Positions 27,123-39,650 of a DNA stretch of 64,000 nucleotides are shown here, piece by piece; within the stretch, counting starts at the first letter, position 1, and every line of letters begins with the position of its first letter. The position numbers and the translations under genes were made by a program. This stretch comes from Selaginella moellendorffii (Eukaryota > Plantae > Lycopodiophyta), in NCBI RefSeq assembly GCF_000143415.4, contig NW_003314279.1, positions 336,734 through 400,733 of the forward strand, given 5' to 3'. The notes below the pieces were generated by a model. It saw nothing but the letters and a program-made list of their open reading frames with translations. It had not been told where the DNA came from and did no database searches.

Positions 27123-27757
27123 CTAGAAAATTCTCGGCCACTTTGAAGAGGAGCTCTTGCTGCGGCTGTTGCTGCTGCTCGTTCCACACTCACTCCCTGT
27201 CCTGATCGACAGAGCTTGCAAAAACCTGGAAGCCAAGTCACCGCCACCACCACCATTCCTTCCGGCAACACTGGAGCTCATAGCTTGGCATGCGTGATCC
27301 GCCGGGAACCTGTGCTTCATGCAGGTGTTCTTGCTACAGACCTTGCAATGGAACTTGTTGGAGAAGGTGAGAACCTCTTTGCATCCTCGCACGGAGCACT
27401 TTGGTTTCTTCATCACGCGGTCGTAGTTGCTTGGGTCGCAAGACGTTTGGAGGTGTCTCTCGATTGTGGAATTGGGATCCTCGCCCGCCACCGTCTTGAC
27501 GCCCGAGGCACAAAAGGGGCAAACGATCACTGTCGAGTCCTTGGCGCCCGCCTTGGGGCATTCGTGAGCTGTGTAGGATCGATGATCCAAGCAAAACACC
27601 TGGAACAAGAGAATTTGTTTGGAATCCCCTGATCTAGGAAGCAAGAGAATTTTACCTGTGAGCAGGCATCGCATTTGAAGGGCAGGAAATCGAGCTGCCC
27701 ACACGAGGAATGGCTGCAGTGCTTGCCGAGATTTGGAAACGCCTCCGTGCCCCCCAT
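27123..27757 (-). CDS. AN1-AN1 zinc finger stress-associated protein (SAP12-like), intron 27655-27600
   Basis: [14 protein letters not shown]....[14 protein letters not shown]..|[12 protein letters not shown] and a second AN1 finger [17 protein letters not shown]....[11 protein letters not shown]. Confidence 0.93.
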
Positions 27758-27930
27758 AGAAATGATGCAAATGAAGAACCCTAAATCGCGACAATACTTT
27801 TGTAAGTATACCTTTCACGCGGTTAAGCTCGGCTTCTTGGAAGCATCGCAAAACCATTTCTTTGAAACTTTCTCTACTCGAACATACGAGGAGCGTCTAG
27901 AAAAATCGCTAGATTTGCACGTAATCGAGT

Positions 27931-30173
27931 TTATGCTCTTACATTGTTCTCTTTGCCTCTGAGCTTGTCTGGAAAAAAAAAAAGAAAAACAAAGAAAACA
28001 AAGTTAGCTGATCGAACCGGAGAGATTCATCCACATACCAGACTGGGCGAGAACCGCGGACCATCCCTGAAGCTTGTACCTCGGTGGCCTTTTGTTCTGG
28101 AAATCCACCTGCGACTCGGCAAGCTGGGCTTTGTTCATCGATGGCTGCATCGTTGCCTTCTTCCTCACCACCGGGATCACCACTCTGCGTTCTTCCAAGC
28201 TTGGCTTCCTCGTTGGTATGCATATAGTGGCTTTCTTCCCATCCTCGGCAGCTCTCTCGTCGGCTTTGATCATCGTCGCTTGAGGAGCATGTCTTCCCTT
28301 CCACTTTGGTGACAAACTTTGCTCCACTGCGTGCCGGCTTCCCTTCCACTTCGGTGATAAACTTTGCTCCACTGCTGCGTGTCGGCTTCCCTTCCATGGT
28401 GGCGACGAAGTTTGCTCGTGAGTGATTGCTGCCTGTTGAGCGGGAAAAGCCCGTTCTCTTCCTGTTGGCGACGATGGTTGCCCGCACCCTGCTGTTGCTG
28501 TGGCGAGCTGAGCGAGTCGGCCTTTCCCTGTTGGCGATGAAGATTGGTCGCAAGCTTGGATGTGTCGTTCTCTCCAAGTTGGCGACGGAGGTTTCTCTAG
28601 GGGAATGTTGTGTCGCCCCTTCCACGCTGGCGAAGAAGGCTGCTCGGCTGCTGCGGCGAGCAGAGCGTGTCGTCCTCCTCTCCATGTTGGCGATGAGGAT
28701 TGCTCGTGAAGCCTGGATTTCTTGAAGGGGCCCCGGGAGACGGCTCTTTTCCCTTGCATTTCCGACTCAAAGAGTGGATTCTCTCTCCTGTCGAACTCGT
28801 CACCCGTTACCTCGCCTTCTCTAGTCGGCTCCTCCGTTGGTCTTTGATATGTGGATGGAAGCCTTCGTTTGTTTTCGGTGGCTTTTGCGGCCTGCGTCGT
28901 GTCAAGATGTTTACTGTCAGGAGGAGGTTTAGCTTGGTTGGGACCTTGCAGCTGGAGAGGCCTTGCGGCAGAGACTTTCTTTGATATGGTGCAAGCTCGT
29001 CGCTTCAGAAACGTAGGAACTTCGCGAGGCTGCAAAAAAATGGTTGTAATTGTTTGTTTTCATGGAAATGTCAAATGTTTCTTGCCTTAGGCGGGGTACC
29101 ATTATGGTGACTCGGTCGATCTTCGATCTGTCGAGTTGATCCCTCATCGGCAGGCTCAATGTTGTCCGTAAGAGCGGGAGGAGGCTTTGCTGAAAGCAGC
29201 GTAATGTTAGAAAAAAAGAACAAATTAAAAAAAAAAAAACATTTTTTCACCTTCAATAACAAGCTTTTTACTTTCATCGTCGCTCGCAGGTAGACTCACA
29301 ATCGGAGCTTTGGATTCTTGGATTGAGACCAGCTTTTGGATAAGAACCTGCGCACACAAGTTCGAAAATGAAAAAGTCAGGCTACTCAAGTCATACGTAC
29401 CACGAGGTTTGTAAGTTCTCTTGTTGCAGAGATTCGAAACTCGTTGAGCTCGTGGATAACGTTTTGCTGGTACTGTACATGCTTTTGCAACTCCTGAAAC
29501 AGATGGAAAAATATACAAGAATTCTCGGGCGGCAAAAAGTTCAAAGTACCTGGACAAAAGTTTGATTCGTAGCAAGAGCGGTTGACTTTTGGCTTGCGAG
29601 AACCATATTGAGCAACTTGACATCGTCCTTCTCTGGCTTCTTCTTGTTCTTCTGTCCAAGCTGCAATTTCATCCTCTTTTTAACTTTCTTACGCTTGCGC
29701 TGCTGCTTTTCTTTTGCCAAGGCCATCTCGGACCACGCCTTTTGCATTTCAGTCTCCAGGTATTGCAAAAGGTTGGGGCTCCCCCTCAGAAACTGCATAT
29801 CACAAGCCAGGTCTGGCTTGTTTTTCATGGTAGGAGGTGTCGACGTCGTCTTATGCGAAAGCTGCTGCGTTTGAAGTGACTCTAACCGGCGGATGTCCTC
29901 GTCGAAATTGTTATCCCCGTTGTCACCATCGTCATCGTCATCGCCACTGCTTGAGGTCGAACAGTTGCTTAGGATATGGCTCTTCTTCAACGCTAAAAAG
30001 TCTGCATTGCAACGATCGAAGCATGTCAAAACCACGAAGAGAATACAAAGAAAAGATCGAATGCCAAAAAAAAGGAGAAAATGCGCACTACCTCTACGAA
30101 CTTTGATCCTGTGCATTGCTAACTTGGCAGCTACATCGCCATCTTCACTCCCGCAAGTTTCTTCTACCTCCAC
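27931..30173 (-). CDS. Unknown multi-exon low-complexity protein with a basic (NLS-like) tract and 8 SP-x-W-[KR]-G-R-H-like repeats
   Basis: Open exon-like segments 30173-29541 and 29035-28004 bounded by GT-AG introns; KRKKVKKRMK tract; no known domain recognised. Ends are tentative. Confidence 0.5.
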
Positions 30174-30637
30174 ACTCCGACCTGTAGAACCCGTGAAAAG
30201 AAAAAAAAATCATGAGAACCGCTAGGATGAATTACCAGAAGAAGTTTTTCTTGGCCGAGACCAGTCTTTAGATTTAAACGCCTTAGATCTTGCTTCCTAA
30301 GAGAAGAATTCTTATTCAGGTGAAAGACGAGAGAAAGAAACGAACCAGTTCCGCAGCTGTGAGCTTGAGCGTCTTGAGATCGCGCACAGTGTTCTAGGTA
30401 GAACAAAAGAGCAGGATTTTCAAAGCGAAACAAAGATTTTCATACTACTTACGTCCCAATCCGGCCGGTGCTTGCGCGGCACAGAAGATCGCACATAGAT
30501 CCCAGCCGCGGCGCCTCGAATCACCATAATGCCGCATCGGCCGAGAGCCCTAGTTCTTGTTCTTCCATTCCCTGCGCCAAGAGCGCCAAGAACACTCTTA
30601 ACGGTGAAAATACAAACTATACTTTAGGGCTCTTCAA

Positions 30638-33340
30638 ATGCTCGGGGAAATCGAGCGATGGCGAGGCTCCAATGCGCTGCCAATAGCCGTGGATTCCTCT
30701 TCCAAGGCAAGTGTGAGCTCCATTCTGGCGGATTTGAAGGCCTCCAGGAGATTGCGCGATCTCGAGCGGGGCAAGTTGATCGCGGCCGATGCGTTCCGGC
30801 AAGGGATGGATTCCAATCTCTATGTTGCGAGCAGCCTCATCGGCTTGTACGCCAAGTGTGGAAGGATGATCGAGGCGCAGCGCGTGTTTGACGCCATGGA
30901 GCATCGCGATCTCGTGGCCTGGAATGCGCTCATCCTGGGGTACGCTTGCAATGGGGAGTGTGAGACCTCGCTCGAGCTCTTCTCGCGCCTGTGTAGCAGC
31001 ACAGAGGTAAATCGCTGCGTCCCGGATTCTTGGAGCTTCCTAGCCGCGCTTAAAGCTTGTGTGCTCTTGACAGGACGCATGGAAGAACACGATGGAAAGC
31101 TTGGAGTTTTGGAGAAGTCCATGGCCTTGCATTGCCGGATTGCGAGCAGCGGCTGCGAGGAGATCATCGTGGCCAACACTTTGATCGATTTGTATGCCAA
31201 GTGTGGAAGCATGCCAGATGCTCGAAGAGTCTTCGACGGCTTGGAGCATCGAGACGTTGTCTCGTGGACAGCCTTGCTGCTCGGGTACGTCGAAAACGGG
31301 CAAGGCAATGCTGCTCTTGAGTTGCTATCGGTGATGGAATCTCACGAGTGTTTTCCAGATGCCCGGCTCTTCGTCGCCGCGATCAAAGCTTGCAGCAGCC
31401 TTGCGGCGAGCGAACAAGGGAGGCAAGTCGACGGCATGGTCGTGAGCATGGCGGCCCTGGAGAAAGGCATGGCTGTCCACTCCAGGAGCAAGCACCACGA
31501 GTCGAGCAACATCTATGTTGGAAGCAGCCTTGTAGACATGTACGCGAAGTGTGGCAGCATGGCGGATGCCTCTCGGGTGTTTGGACGGATGAAGCAGCGA
31601 GACGTGATCTCTTGGAACGCTTTGATTCTCGGGTACGCGGAGAACGGCGAAGCCGAGAGAGCTCTGGAGCTCTTCGTGGTGATGCAAGCCGGTGGCTGCC
31701 CTCCAGATTCCTGGACGTTCGTCGCCGCTCTGAAAGCTTGCTCCAGGCTCGCAGTGACGGCCGACTTTGGCGACCAGAGGCACGGCAAGATGGAAGTGTT
31801 GGAGAAGAGCATGGCGTTGCACTCTCAGGCTCGGAAAGCTGGCGGCTGCGATTCGAGTCTATACATCGGAAGCAGCTTGGTGGACGTGTACTCCAAGTGT
31901 GCCAGTATGGGAGACGCTTCCTCCGTGTTTGAGAAGATGGCGCAGCGGAATGTGGTCGCGTGGACAGCTCTGATACTCGGCTATGCCGATAACGGGCAGG
32001 AGAGGCTGGCGCTGGAAACGTTTCGGTGCCTGCGCGGCGTAGGCGTGGTGCCGAATGCCTTGACGTACGTCGCTTGTCTCAAGGCTTGCAGCGGCCTTGC
32101 GAGTGACGAGGAGGCCAGAGAACTTGACGGGAAGCTCGTGAAGATGGTGTCCTTGGAGAATGCTCTGGCCGTTCACTCTCAAGCTGCGAGAGACAACTGC
32201 GACAGGGATATGTTCGTGGCGAGCAGATTGATCGATGCTTATGCCGAGAGCAAGAGCATGGATGACGCTGCGAGGGTGTTTGCCGGGATGCCGGACCGGG
32301 ACGTGGTGGCCTGGAACGAGCTCATGCTGGGGTACGTTGAGAACGGTGACGGGGAGCTGGCTCTGGAGGCGTTCACGGGCATGAGACGAGACGGCTGTGT
32401 TCCAAACGCTGGGACCTTTGTCGCTGCTCTGAAAGCTTGCATCAGGATCTCGGCGAAAGAAGAGTGGCAGAAAGTTGACGGGTCGGGCGTGAAGCTGCGA
32501 AGTCTCGAGACGGGCATGGCGATACACTCTCAAGCCGCAGCTCAAAGTCTCGACTCGGACGTGTACGTCGCGAACACCTTGCTCGACATGTACGCCAACT
32601 GCGGTGGAATGCTGGAAGCCGAGAGAGTCTTCGGCAACATGCCACGCCCCGGGGTGGTCTCCTGGACGGCTCTGATATCCGGATACACCGAGAACGGGCA
32701 AGGCAGGGTGGCGCTGGAGCTTCTCTCTCGGATGGAGGCCCAAGGCTGGAAACCGGACGCTCGGACACTTGCGATCGCGTTGAAGGCCTGCGGCAGCGTC
32801 GGGGCTCTGGAAGCTGGCATGGCGATCCACGGCGACGTCTGCAAGCAGGGGCTCGAAAGCGATACAGTGGTGGTGACTTGCTTGATAGATTTCTACGCCA
32901 AGTGTGGGAGCATGGCTTCCTCCCAGCAGGTGTTTGATGCGCTTGCTCCCAGAGACGCAGTGGCCTGGACTGCGTTGCTCGCCGGGTACAGCCGCGGAGG
33001 GGACGCCGCTCTGGTGTTCGAGACCTTCCACGAGATGGTCGACGAAGGTGTCAAAGTCTGCGGCATGGGATTTCAGTGCCTTCTGGCCGTGTGCAGTCAT
33101 TCCGGCCTGGTCGACACTGGGAGGCTCTGCTTCGACGCGATGCAGTCCAAGTACAAGGTGAGCCCCGGCCGCGAGCACTACCACTGCGTCATCGATCTTC
33201 TCAGCCGGGCCAATCAGCTCGAGGAAGCTCTGGATATGGTGGAAGCTATGCCTTTCGAGCCGACGTTTGTTACGTGGACGACGGTGCTGAGTGCTTGGAC
33301 TCGGATCCAAGTTAACATTCCAAAGTTCTCTCCTGGCTGA
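30638..33340 (+). CDS. PLS-class pentatricopeptide repeat protein, intronless, ending early in the E domain, no DYW
   Basis: 900 aa ORF of P-L-S triplets (LID.YAKCGS..DA..VF..M..RDVV.W.AL..GY..NG) ending in EHYHCVIDLLSRA.QLEEA..MPFEP. Confidence 0.93.
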   Translation: MLGEIERWRGSNALPIAVDSSSKASVSSILADLKASRRLRDLERGKLIAADAFRQGMDSNLYVASSLIGLYAKCGRMIEAQRVFDAMEHRDLVAWNALILGYACNGECETSLELFSRLCSSTEVNRCVPDSWSFLAALKACVLLTGRMEEHDGKLGVLEKSMALHCRIASSGCEEIIVANTLIDLYAKCGSMPDARRVFDGLEHRDVVSWTALLLGYVENGQGNAALELLSVMESHECFPDARLFVAAIKACSSLAASEQGRQVDGMVVSMAALEKGMAVHSRSKHHESSNIYVGSSLVDMYAKCGSMADASRVFGRMKQRDVISWNALILGYAENGEAERALELFVVMQAGGCPPDSWTFVAALKACSRLAVTADFGDQRHGKMEVLEKSMALHSQARKAGGCDSSLYIGSSLVDVYSKCASMGDASSVFEKMAQRNVVAWTALILGYADNGQERLALETFRCLRGVGVVPNALTYVACLKACSGLASDEEARELDGKLVKMVSLENALAVHSQAARDNCDRDMFVASRLIDAYAESKSMDDAARVFAGMPDRDVVAWNELMLGYVENGDGELALEAFTGMRRDGCVPNAGTFVAALKACIRISAKEEWQKVDGSGVKLRSLETGMAIHSQAAAQSLDSDVYVANTLLDMYANCGGMLEAERVFGNMPRPGVVSWTALISGYTENGQGRVALELLSRMEAQGWKPDARTLAIALKACGSVGALEAGMAIHGDVCKQGLESDTVVVTCLIDFYAKCGSMASSQQVFDALAPRDAVAWTALLAGYSRGGDAALVFETFHEMVDEGVKVCGMGFQCLLAVCSHSGLVDTGRLCFDAMQSKYKVSPGREHYHCVIDLLSRANQLEEALDMVEAMPFEPTFVTWTTVLSAWTRIQVNIPKFSPG

Positions 33341-33393
33341 AGGAACAAGAACTCGATCTTACAAGCTAGAAAACATAGGATAAGGCTACTACA

Positions 33394-35422
33394 TCACCTC
33401 TTTCGACGCTTCTTCACCTCGGCGACAAGCTTGTTCACGTACATAATGTATCCATCCACATTGAACTTACGCTTGCAGCCTTCGTAGTTCATGTAACGTA
33501 TCTTGCCAAATATCGGCCTCTCTTTCCAGCCCTGAAAAACAAGCCTGTGAGAAAGAGCCTGTGTATTTTGCTCGCACACCTGGTCATGAATGCCACATAT
33601 GGACCACATACAACCAACGTAGCCATTTGGATCTCTTCCATCCAATTGATACTGCAACAAAGGCTTTCTCTATGAAGAACACAAAGAGAGGGAGTAAACA
33701 ATACCTTGTCGTTGAAGTAAATCGCAATGGCCAAAGCGTCCTCGGGACTTTCCGTCCACTCCAATATCTTCTTCGCCCAGTACATACTGCCAAAAAACAG
33801 TGCAAAAGGAGTCATAAATCGAGAACTACTTTGGAACATACCGCATAAAACCGTGCATTTTCCCACGGTGAACCATCTCTAGCTGGGAAGCGTTCCATAG
33901 CTGTTCAGAAAAAATCAAGAAAGAAACTACTAGCTTGTTCATTGAATTCAAGTCCCTTACTTTATCTTTTGTCTTCCCATCTTCAAGCTGCTGCCTCCTG
34001 GGAAAAAGAAGCACCAATCTTAAACTGCAAGCTTTTGAAACGACCCTAGAGACAGCTTACGTGTAGATATGTTCTCTTTTATCATTCGCATGCTCAAGCA
34101 ACGAGTTCCGGGCCCATTCCCACGCTCCCTGGATGTTGTCATAATTCGGTTGATAGTAGCAAAAATTGTCAGACAGCTCCCGCCTGATTATTAGTTCCTC
34201 CAGAAACGAATCCACAGACTGGGAAAAAAGGAAGAAGGAATCAAGACAACGAAGCCATCAAAAGATTTTGAACAAACCTGCATATGTAGCTTACGAGCTT
34301 TTCGAACCTCAAATGCGCAGCGTTGAGGAGAAAGCTGACCGTAGTGAAAGTAAGGGGAGAGGTCTGATAAACGTTCAAGTTTGGACGGGTCATTTCTCTC
34401 AGCGCTGTAACGTTGAAGTCTAGAGGACAAAAAACCCGCTAACCGTTCAAGAGCTATATCTTCGCCTGGTTCACACCAGTCGACTTCAGGAACTTCGTCA
34501 CCAGCTCTGTTACATCGCAGAGAAAATGTCAGCGAGACCTTTTCTCGACGTCGTTACCTTAGAACTTCATCTATAAGAGAATCCCAATCGATCTTCTCTT
34601 GTGCCACCCCAGGCCAAGGCTTTGAGAAAGGCTCGAGCGTTGGAAAGTCCACCAGAAACTCTGGAAGCTGCCTCTGGATTTTCAATCTGATAGTACGAGC
34701 AGCGTATTCCAGTTTGTCCGAGGCAATCCAAACGGGAACGACATTATGAGCATCTACCTCGTGCACGGCGGTGGTAGTGTCTGCCCCGAGTCTGCTTACA
34801 ACACCAGTTCTCCAGGTTCGACCAATCCTCAGAGGAGAAAAATCAAGTACGAGGATGGACGCGTTGCATGCCTCGACAAATGCGGGAATCGTGTCTTCTG
34901 GTCGACCCTGCAGAGTTAAAACCATGGAAACGTGAAAAAGAGAGAGAAATAGAGATCTAAAGCACCATTCCAGGCATTGAAACAAGAAAGTTCTCAAGAA
35001 AAACTAAGGATTACCCGTAGCAAGAAAAAAGCGATGCCAAGCTTCTCGAGGTTCTTCTCCACAACGCGCAGGCCCCGAAGAAGAAATCCAAAATGCCGGG
35101 CTTTGGCTTCCAGAAAGCTCTCCACCAAATTAAACACCACGGCCACTGGGGTATCTCTCTTCCTGGCCTGCTCGGCCGCGTAGAGCAAAGCCCAGTTATC
35201 CCTGGATCGCTGATCCCTCGACATCCAATACACCACAGGACCGCTGTGAGATTCATCCCCTTGACTTAACACGCGCACTCTCCTGGGATTCACACCGATC
35301 GACGATCTCAATCCCTCGCCTAGGAATCCACCGCCATCGGCGTCCAATTTCTGCTTCTTGGCTCCGGCGGCAGCAGCATCCAAGGCGCCAGCGACCTCCT
35401 TCTTACCCGAGAGCTGTGACAT
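33394..35422 (-). CDS. PHR1: Class II CPD DNA photolyase, multi-exon
   Basis: [52 protein letters not shown]|[25 protein letters not shown] and FGKIRYMNY. Confidence 0.96.
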
Positions 35423-35556
35423 TTTCTTCTTGCCGCCTACATTCCAGGAGCCAAGCGCATACCTGAGAACTTAGGGCTCTTGCGGATGGACACACGTGGC
35501 AGGCTCTCCGCCATTTGTCTACGCGCCAAGAATATACACAAAACGTGCTTAGCCTT

Positions 35557-38500
35557 TCATCTTCGCGTCAAACTATAAACCACTACCTTAAAGGCTTTGC
35601 TTAAACGAGTACGAGTTGGGGTTTGATTTTGCTGCTGCTGCTGCCGCTGCTGCCGTGAAGAATTTTGATTCTGCTCAGCCTGCCTCGCTGGGATTAACAG
35701 GTTTTGGATCGCCGACTGGAGCGTCTCAGCGAAATCAATGGTTCCTGACGTAAGGTCTCGGCCGGAAATCCTCGGACCATTCTGGAACCAGTTTTCCGGC
35801 CCAGCACCGCCCTGTTGGATACCTTGCATTTGTTGGTCTTGTGTCTGTTCTTCCACTGGCCGCTTTAGAGCTGTCAGGACATTGCAGAGATAGTCGATGT
35901 CCGCAGAGCTCCTCGCTCGTTTAAACTGCAAACGCCACAGATCTGCAGAGCACAGCCACCTGGAATATCTATTTTGAAAAGTTCTATAGAATTCTGAGAG
36001 CGGGACAAACCTTCTGTTGCAAAATATTTCGCAAAAAGTAACTAGCTTTAAACCATGATATTCCTGAAAAGGAAAAAAAGCGAATCCCATCATGCAAAGC
36101 ATAAACATCAATCTTATTACCTTTCACTTCCTTCTCTTTTCTTGGCACCTAACGCTGGCTTTGAAAGCGTTAACGTAAGGAAATCTTCGACAATCTTGCA
36201 TATTGAGGATCTCAGCGATTTTACCCAGTGACTCAGTTGTCTCGGCACGAGAAGGTCCGGTTCCAAGTAAATCAGCTTTTAGGAGTGGTGGAGTAGCGGA
36301 TGAGTACGAGGGCCAAGCCATTTCAAAAGCACGTTTGTTATGAACGGTGTCCATTGATGCTGAAGGTACATGAGCACCATCATCTCTGGAAAAACATTTA
36401 TGAAGCATACACAAAATTAAAAAAACGCCTACCTGTAGTTTTTGGCAGTCCAATAAGGTTGTGCTTCATAAAGCACAGCCTGGATTTCATACAGTTCTCT
36501 CCAGTTACAGTCCTTCCAGAGCTCATCGAAAGCAATCTGGGAAAAAAACATAAAAAAAGATATAACTAGAGATTCTAAAAATATTTACCGTGAAAAAGGA
36601 TTGAGCTAAAGGTAGCGCATCGTTCTCGGGGAGTATGGACCAATCCAAACCCCGGTTTCGCTCGATGGTTGCATATGCAGTACTGAGATCACCGGTAAAG
36701 GAAGCCAACTTCCAAAAAGACTTGATATTTCCTGCTGCCGTTAGAAGAGATGTAAACGTTTCTTCAACATCTCTTGTAGATGGATTTTTTGCTTTTATTT
36801 CGTTCCAAACCTGCAAGGAAGAAATTGTTACAAGCTAAACTTCTAGTGGAATTGTTCACCAGATGTTTCATTGCGTACGCCATTTCAATTCGGATTTGCC
36901 GGAGGTGCTCGAAATATGGAATCTGCAACATTGCTGATGTGGATAGTGTTCCAAACAGCACGACGTTTTGTATGCCACCATTGCGGTGTAGCTCTGCAAC
37001 GCTGTCCGGATTCACTGTACTCACAATGCCCGTGTCGAGCAAGACACGCGCAGGGACTTGCTTGACACAGGCAATCTTGTCATGGCCATTCTCGCCACTG
37101 CCACCAGTCTTAACGATGAATTCCTCTCGCGACAAGCCTGCACAGCCGCAAAACCAAAAATCTATTGAGAAAGCGTGAAAGCTTTCAGGGACATACCTGG
37201 AACTTCGTGGTGATGATCGTCACCTACAGACGTTGTGAGCAGTTTATTCTTGGCTACAGCAGAAAAGAAACAGGAAATTAGAGACAAAATGAACAAAAAA
37301 ACGATCAATACTCTTGTCCAGCTTGGTCTCGTAAAAGTCCTCAATCGCCAATGCCGGAGCTGTCCCTTTGAGGTCCGCGTCCCCCTTTGGAAAGTCAATG
37401 GGCTTAATGGTGAGTTCTGCTAATTCTTCTCGTGACAAGCCTGCAAAGCCAAAAATCTATTGAGAAAGCGTGAAAGCTTTCAAGGACATACCTGGAACTT
37501 CGTGGTGATGATCGTCACCTACAGAAGTTGTGAGGGGCTTATTCTTGGCTACAGCAGAAAAGAAACAGGAAATTAGAGACAAAATAAATAAAAGAACGAT
37601 CAATACTCTTGTCGAGCTTGGTCTTCTCAAAGTCCTCAATCGCCAATGCCGGAGCTGTCCCTTTGTCCCCCTTCGGAAAGTCAATGGGTTTAATGGTGAG
37701 TTCTACTAATTCCTCTGGTGACAAGCCTGCAAAGCCAAAAATCTATTGAGAAAGCGTGAAAGCTTTCAGGGACATACCTGGAACTTCGTGGTGATGATCG
37801 TCACCTACAGACGTTGTGAGCGGTTTATTCTTGGCTACAGCAGAAAAGAAACAGGAAATTAGAGACAAAATGAACAAAAAAACGATCAATACTCTTGTCC
37901 AGCTTGGTCTCGTAAAAGTCCTCAATCGCCAATGCCGGAGCTGTCCCTTTGAGGTCCGCGTCCCCCTTTGGAAAGTCAATGGGCTTAATGGTGAGTTCTG
38001 CTAATTCTTCTCGTGACAAGCCTGCAAAGCCAAAAATCTATTGAGAAAGCGTGAAAGCTTTCAGGGACATACCTGGAACTTCGTGGTGATGATCGTCACC
38101 TACAGAAGTTGTGAGGGGCTTATTCTTGGCTACAGCAGAAAAGAAACAGGAAATTAGAGACAAAATAAACAAAAGAACGATCAATACTTTTGTCCAGCTT
38201 GGTCTTCTCAAAGTCCTCAATCGCCAATGCCGGAGCTGTCCCTTTGTCCCCCTTCGGAAAGTCAATGGGTTTAATGGTGAGTTCTGCTAATTCCTCTGGT
38301 GACAAGCCTGCAAAGCCAAAAATCTATTGAGAAAGCGTGAAAGCTTTCTGGGACATACCTGGAACTTCGTGGTGATGATCGTCACCTACAGACGTTGTGA
38401 GCGGTTTATTCTTGGCTACAGCAGAAAAGAAACAGGAAATTAGAGACAAAATGAACAAAAAAACGATCAATACTCTTGTCCAGCTTGGTCTCGTAAAAGT

Positions 38501-39650
38501 CCTCAATCGGCAATGCTGGAGATGTCCATTTGAGCGCAGCCTCCCCCTTAGGAATGCAAATGGTGAGAATCTCATCCTGGAGATTAAATATTGCACCATC
38601 AACGTCAGCATGACGAGGAACCACAAGGTTCTCGGGGCGGAACACGTCCTGCTCCGTGGTAACAAGCACACCCGGTCCATCTTTTGCAACATGCACTTGA
38701 TCCAACGACGTGAGACCTGCGCAAGAAACAAATAAGATAACATCATCCACAAATGACTTACCGGGCACTTGCACATAGAACTGGTGGTTCTCAAACGACG
38801 ACCACAATAGCTTCCGCTCGTCATATCCTGCAAGACACAGAAAAAAGAATAAAAAACTCCAGGCAGGATCAACCATACCTTTATCAATGTTCTTGAGGCA
38901 GTTTAGCAGCAGCTGGTAAGCGTGTTTCTTCTCAAAGTTGTAGAGAGCGACGAGACCCCCGTGACGAGGGAACTGCGGCAGGCCCCCCGCATCAGCCACC
39001 TTCCGCGCCAACTCGAGGCTCCTGGCACACCTCGTCAAGTACTCCGTCGAGAAGAGATCTCTTGGAACAACTACTGTAGCATATGATTCAGAGCGCTCCT
39101 GGATCAGAATGGAGAGGCTCATGGACTGCAGACCAAAGAGATAGCACTCAGCGGCAAACGCAGGCGCCTGCTCCTGCAACTCGTGCACGTTTGGCTCCCC
39201 AGAGAAGACTTCCTTCTCGGCTCGGCAGGCAACAGTCCGGCAAAAGTCATGCACGAGGCGAGTTCCTTCCTTTGTGCGTTGATGGATGGGTGGCTCTCCA
39301 AGCAAGCGGCACCTTGCATAATTGGTCACGAGCTTGATCATGCGTTGATACGGGCAAGGGTAGTCGCCTATGTCGTCAAGCCCGAGTGGTATTTCAGCGG
39401 GCGAGGGGAATTCGCCGCTCACATTGTCGGTGTACTTGAGCATGTGGTCGGTAGCATCACAGTCGCCTAGCGCCCCAAAATCTTGGCCGAGGACACGGTT
39501 GAGCATCACCACCCACAGAAACTCTCCATACTCGTTGTAGCCATCGTCTGTCGGTGGTTTCCTCACTTGGAACCCTTCGCTCCTAGCGCTTGCTGTGTGG
39601 ATGCGCCGCCTACAACCCGCGCTTCCGGTCTGAAGCAGTCGCCTCAACAT
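35557..39650 (-). CDS. Unknown multi-exon protein with a mitochondrial-type presequence, an alpha-crystallin/HSP20-like segment and tandemly repeated exon pairs
   Basis: Arg-rich N-terminus MLRRLLQTGSAGCRRRIHT; segment VPRHADVDGAIFNLQDEILTICIPK resembles HSP20 beta8-beta9; canonical introns throughout. Confidence 0.55.
37140..38540 (-). repeat. Tandem repeat of alternating 295/286 bp units (581 bp higher-order unit), each with two exons and two introns
   Basis: Landmark CTATTGAGAAAGCGTGAAAGCTTT recurs at about 37162, 37457, 37743, 38038 and 38324. Confidence 0.95.

Noticed and set aside
31859-33310. 483 aa antisense ORF within the PPR gene, and long antisense ORFs over GLOX and MYB
   Set aside because: Shadow ORFs expected from GC-rich codon usage; no motifs.
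37140-38540. Possible CRISPR-like array
   Set aside because: Whole 286/295 bp units repeat with no unique spacers, and the locus is eukaryotic exon-intron sequence.
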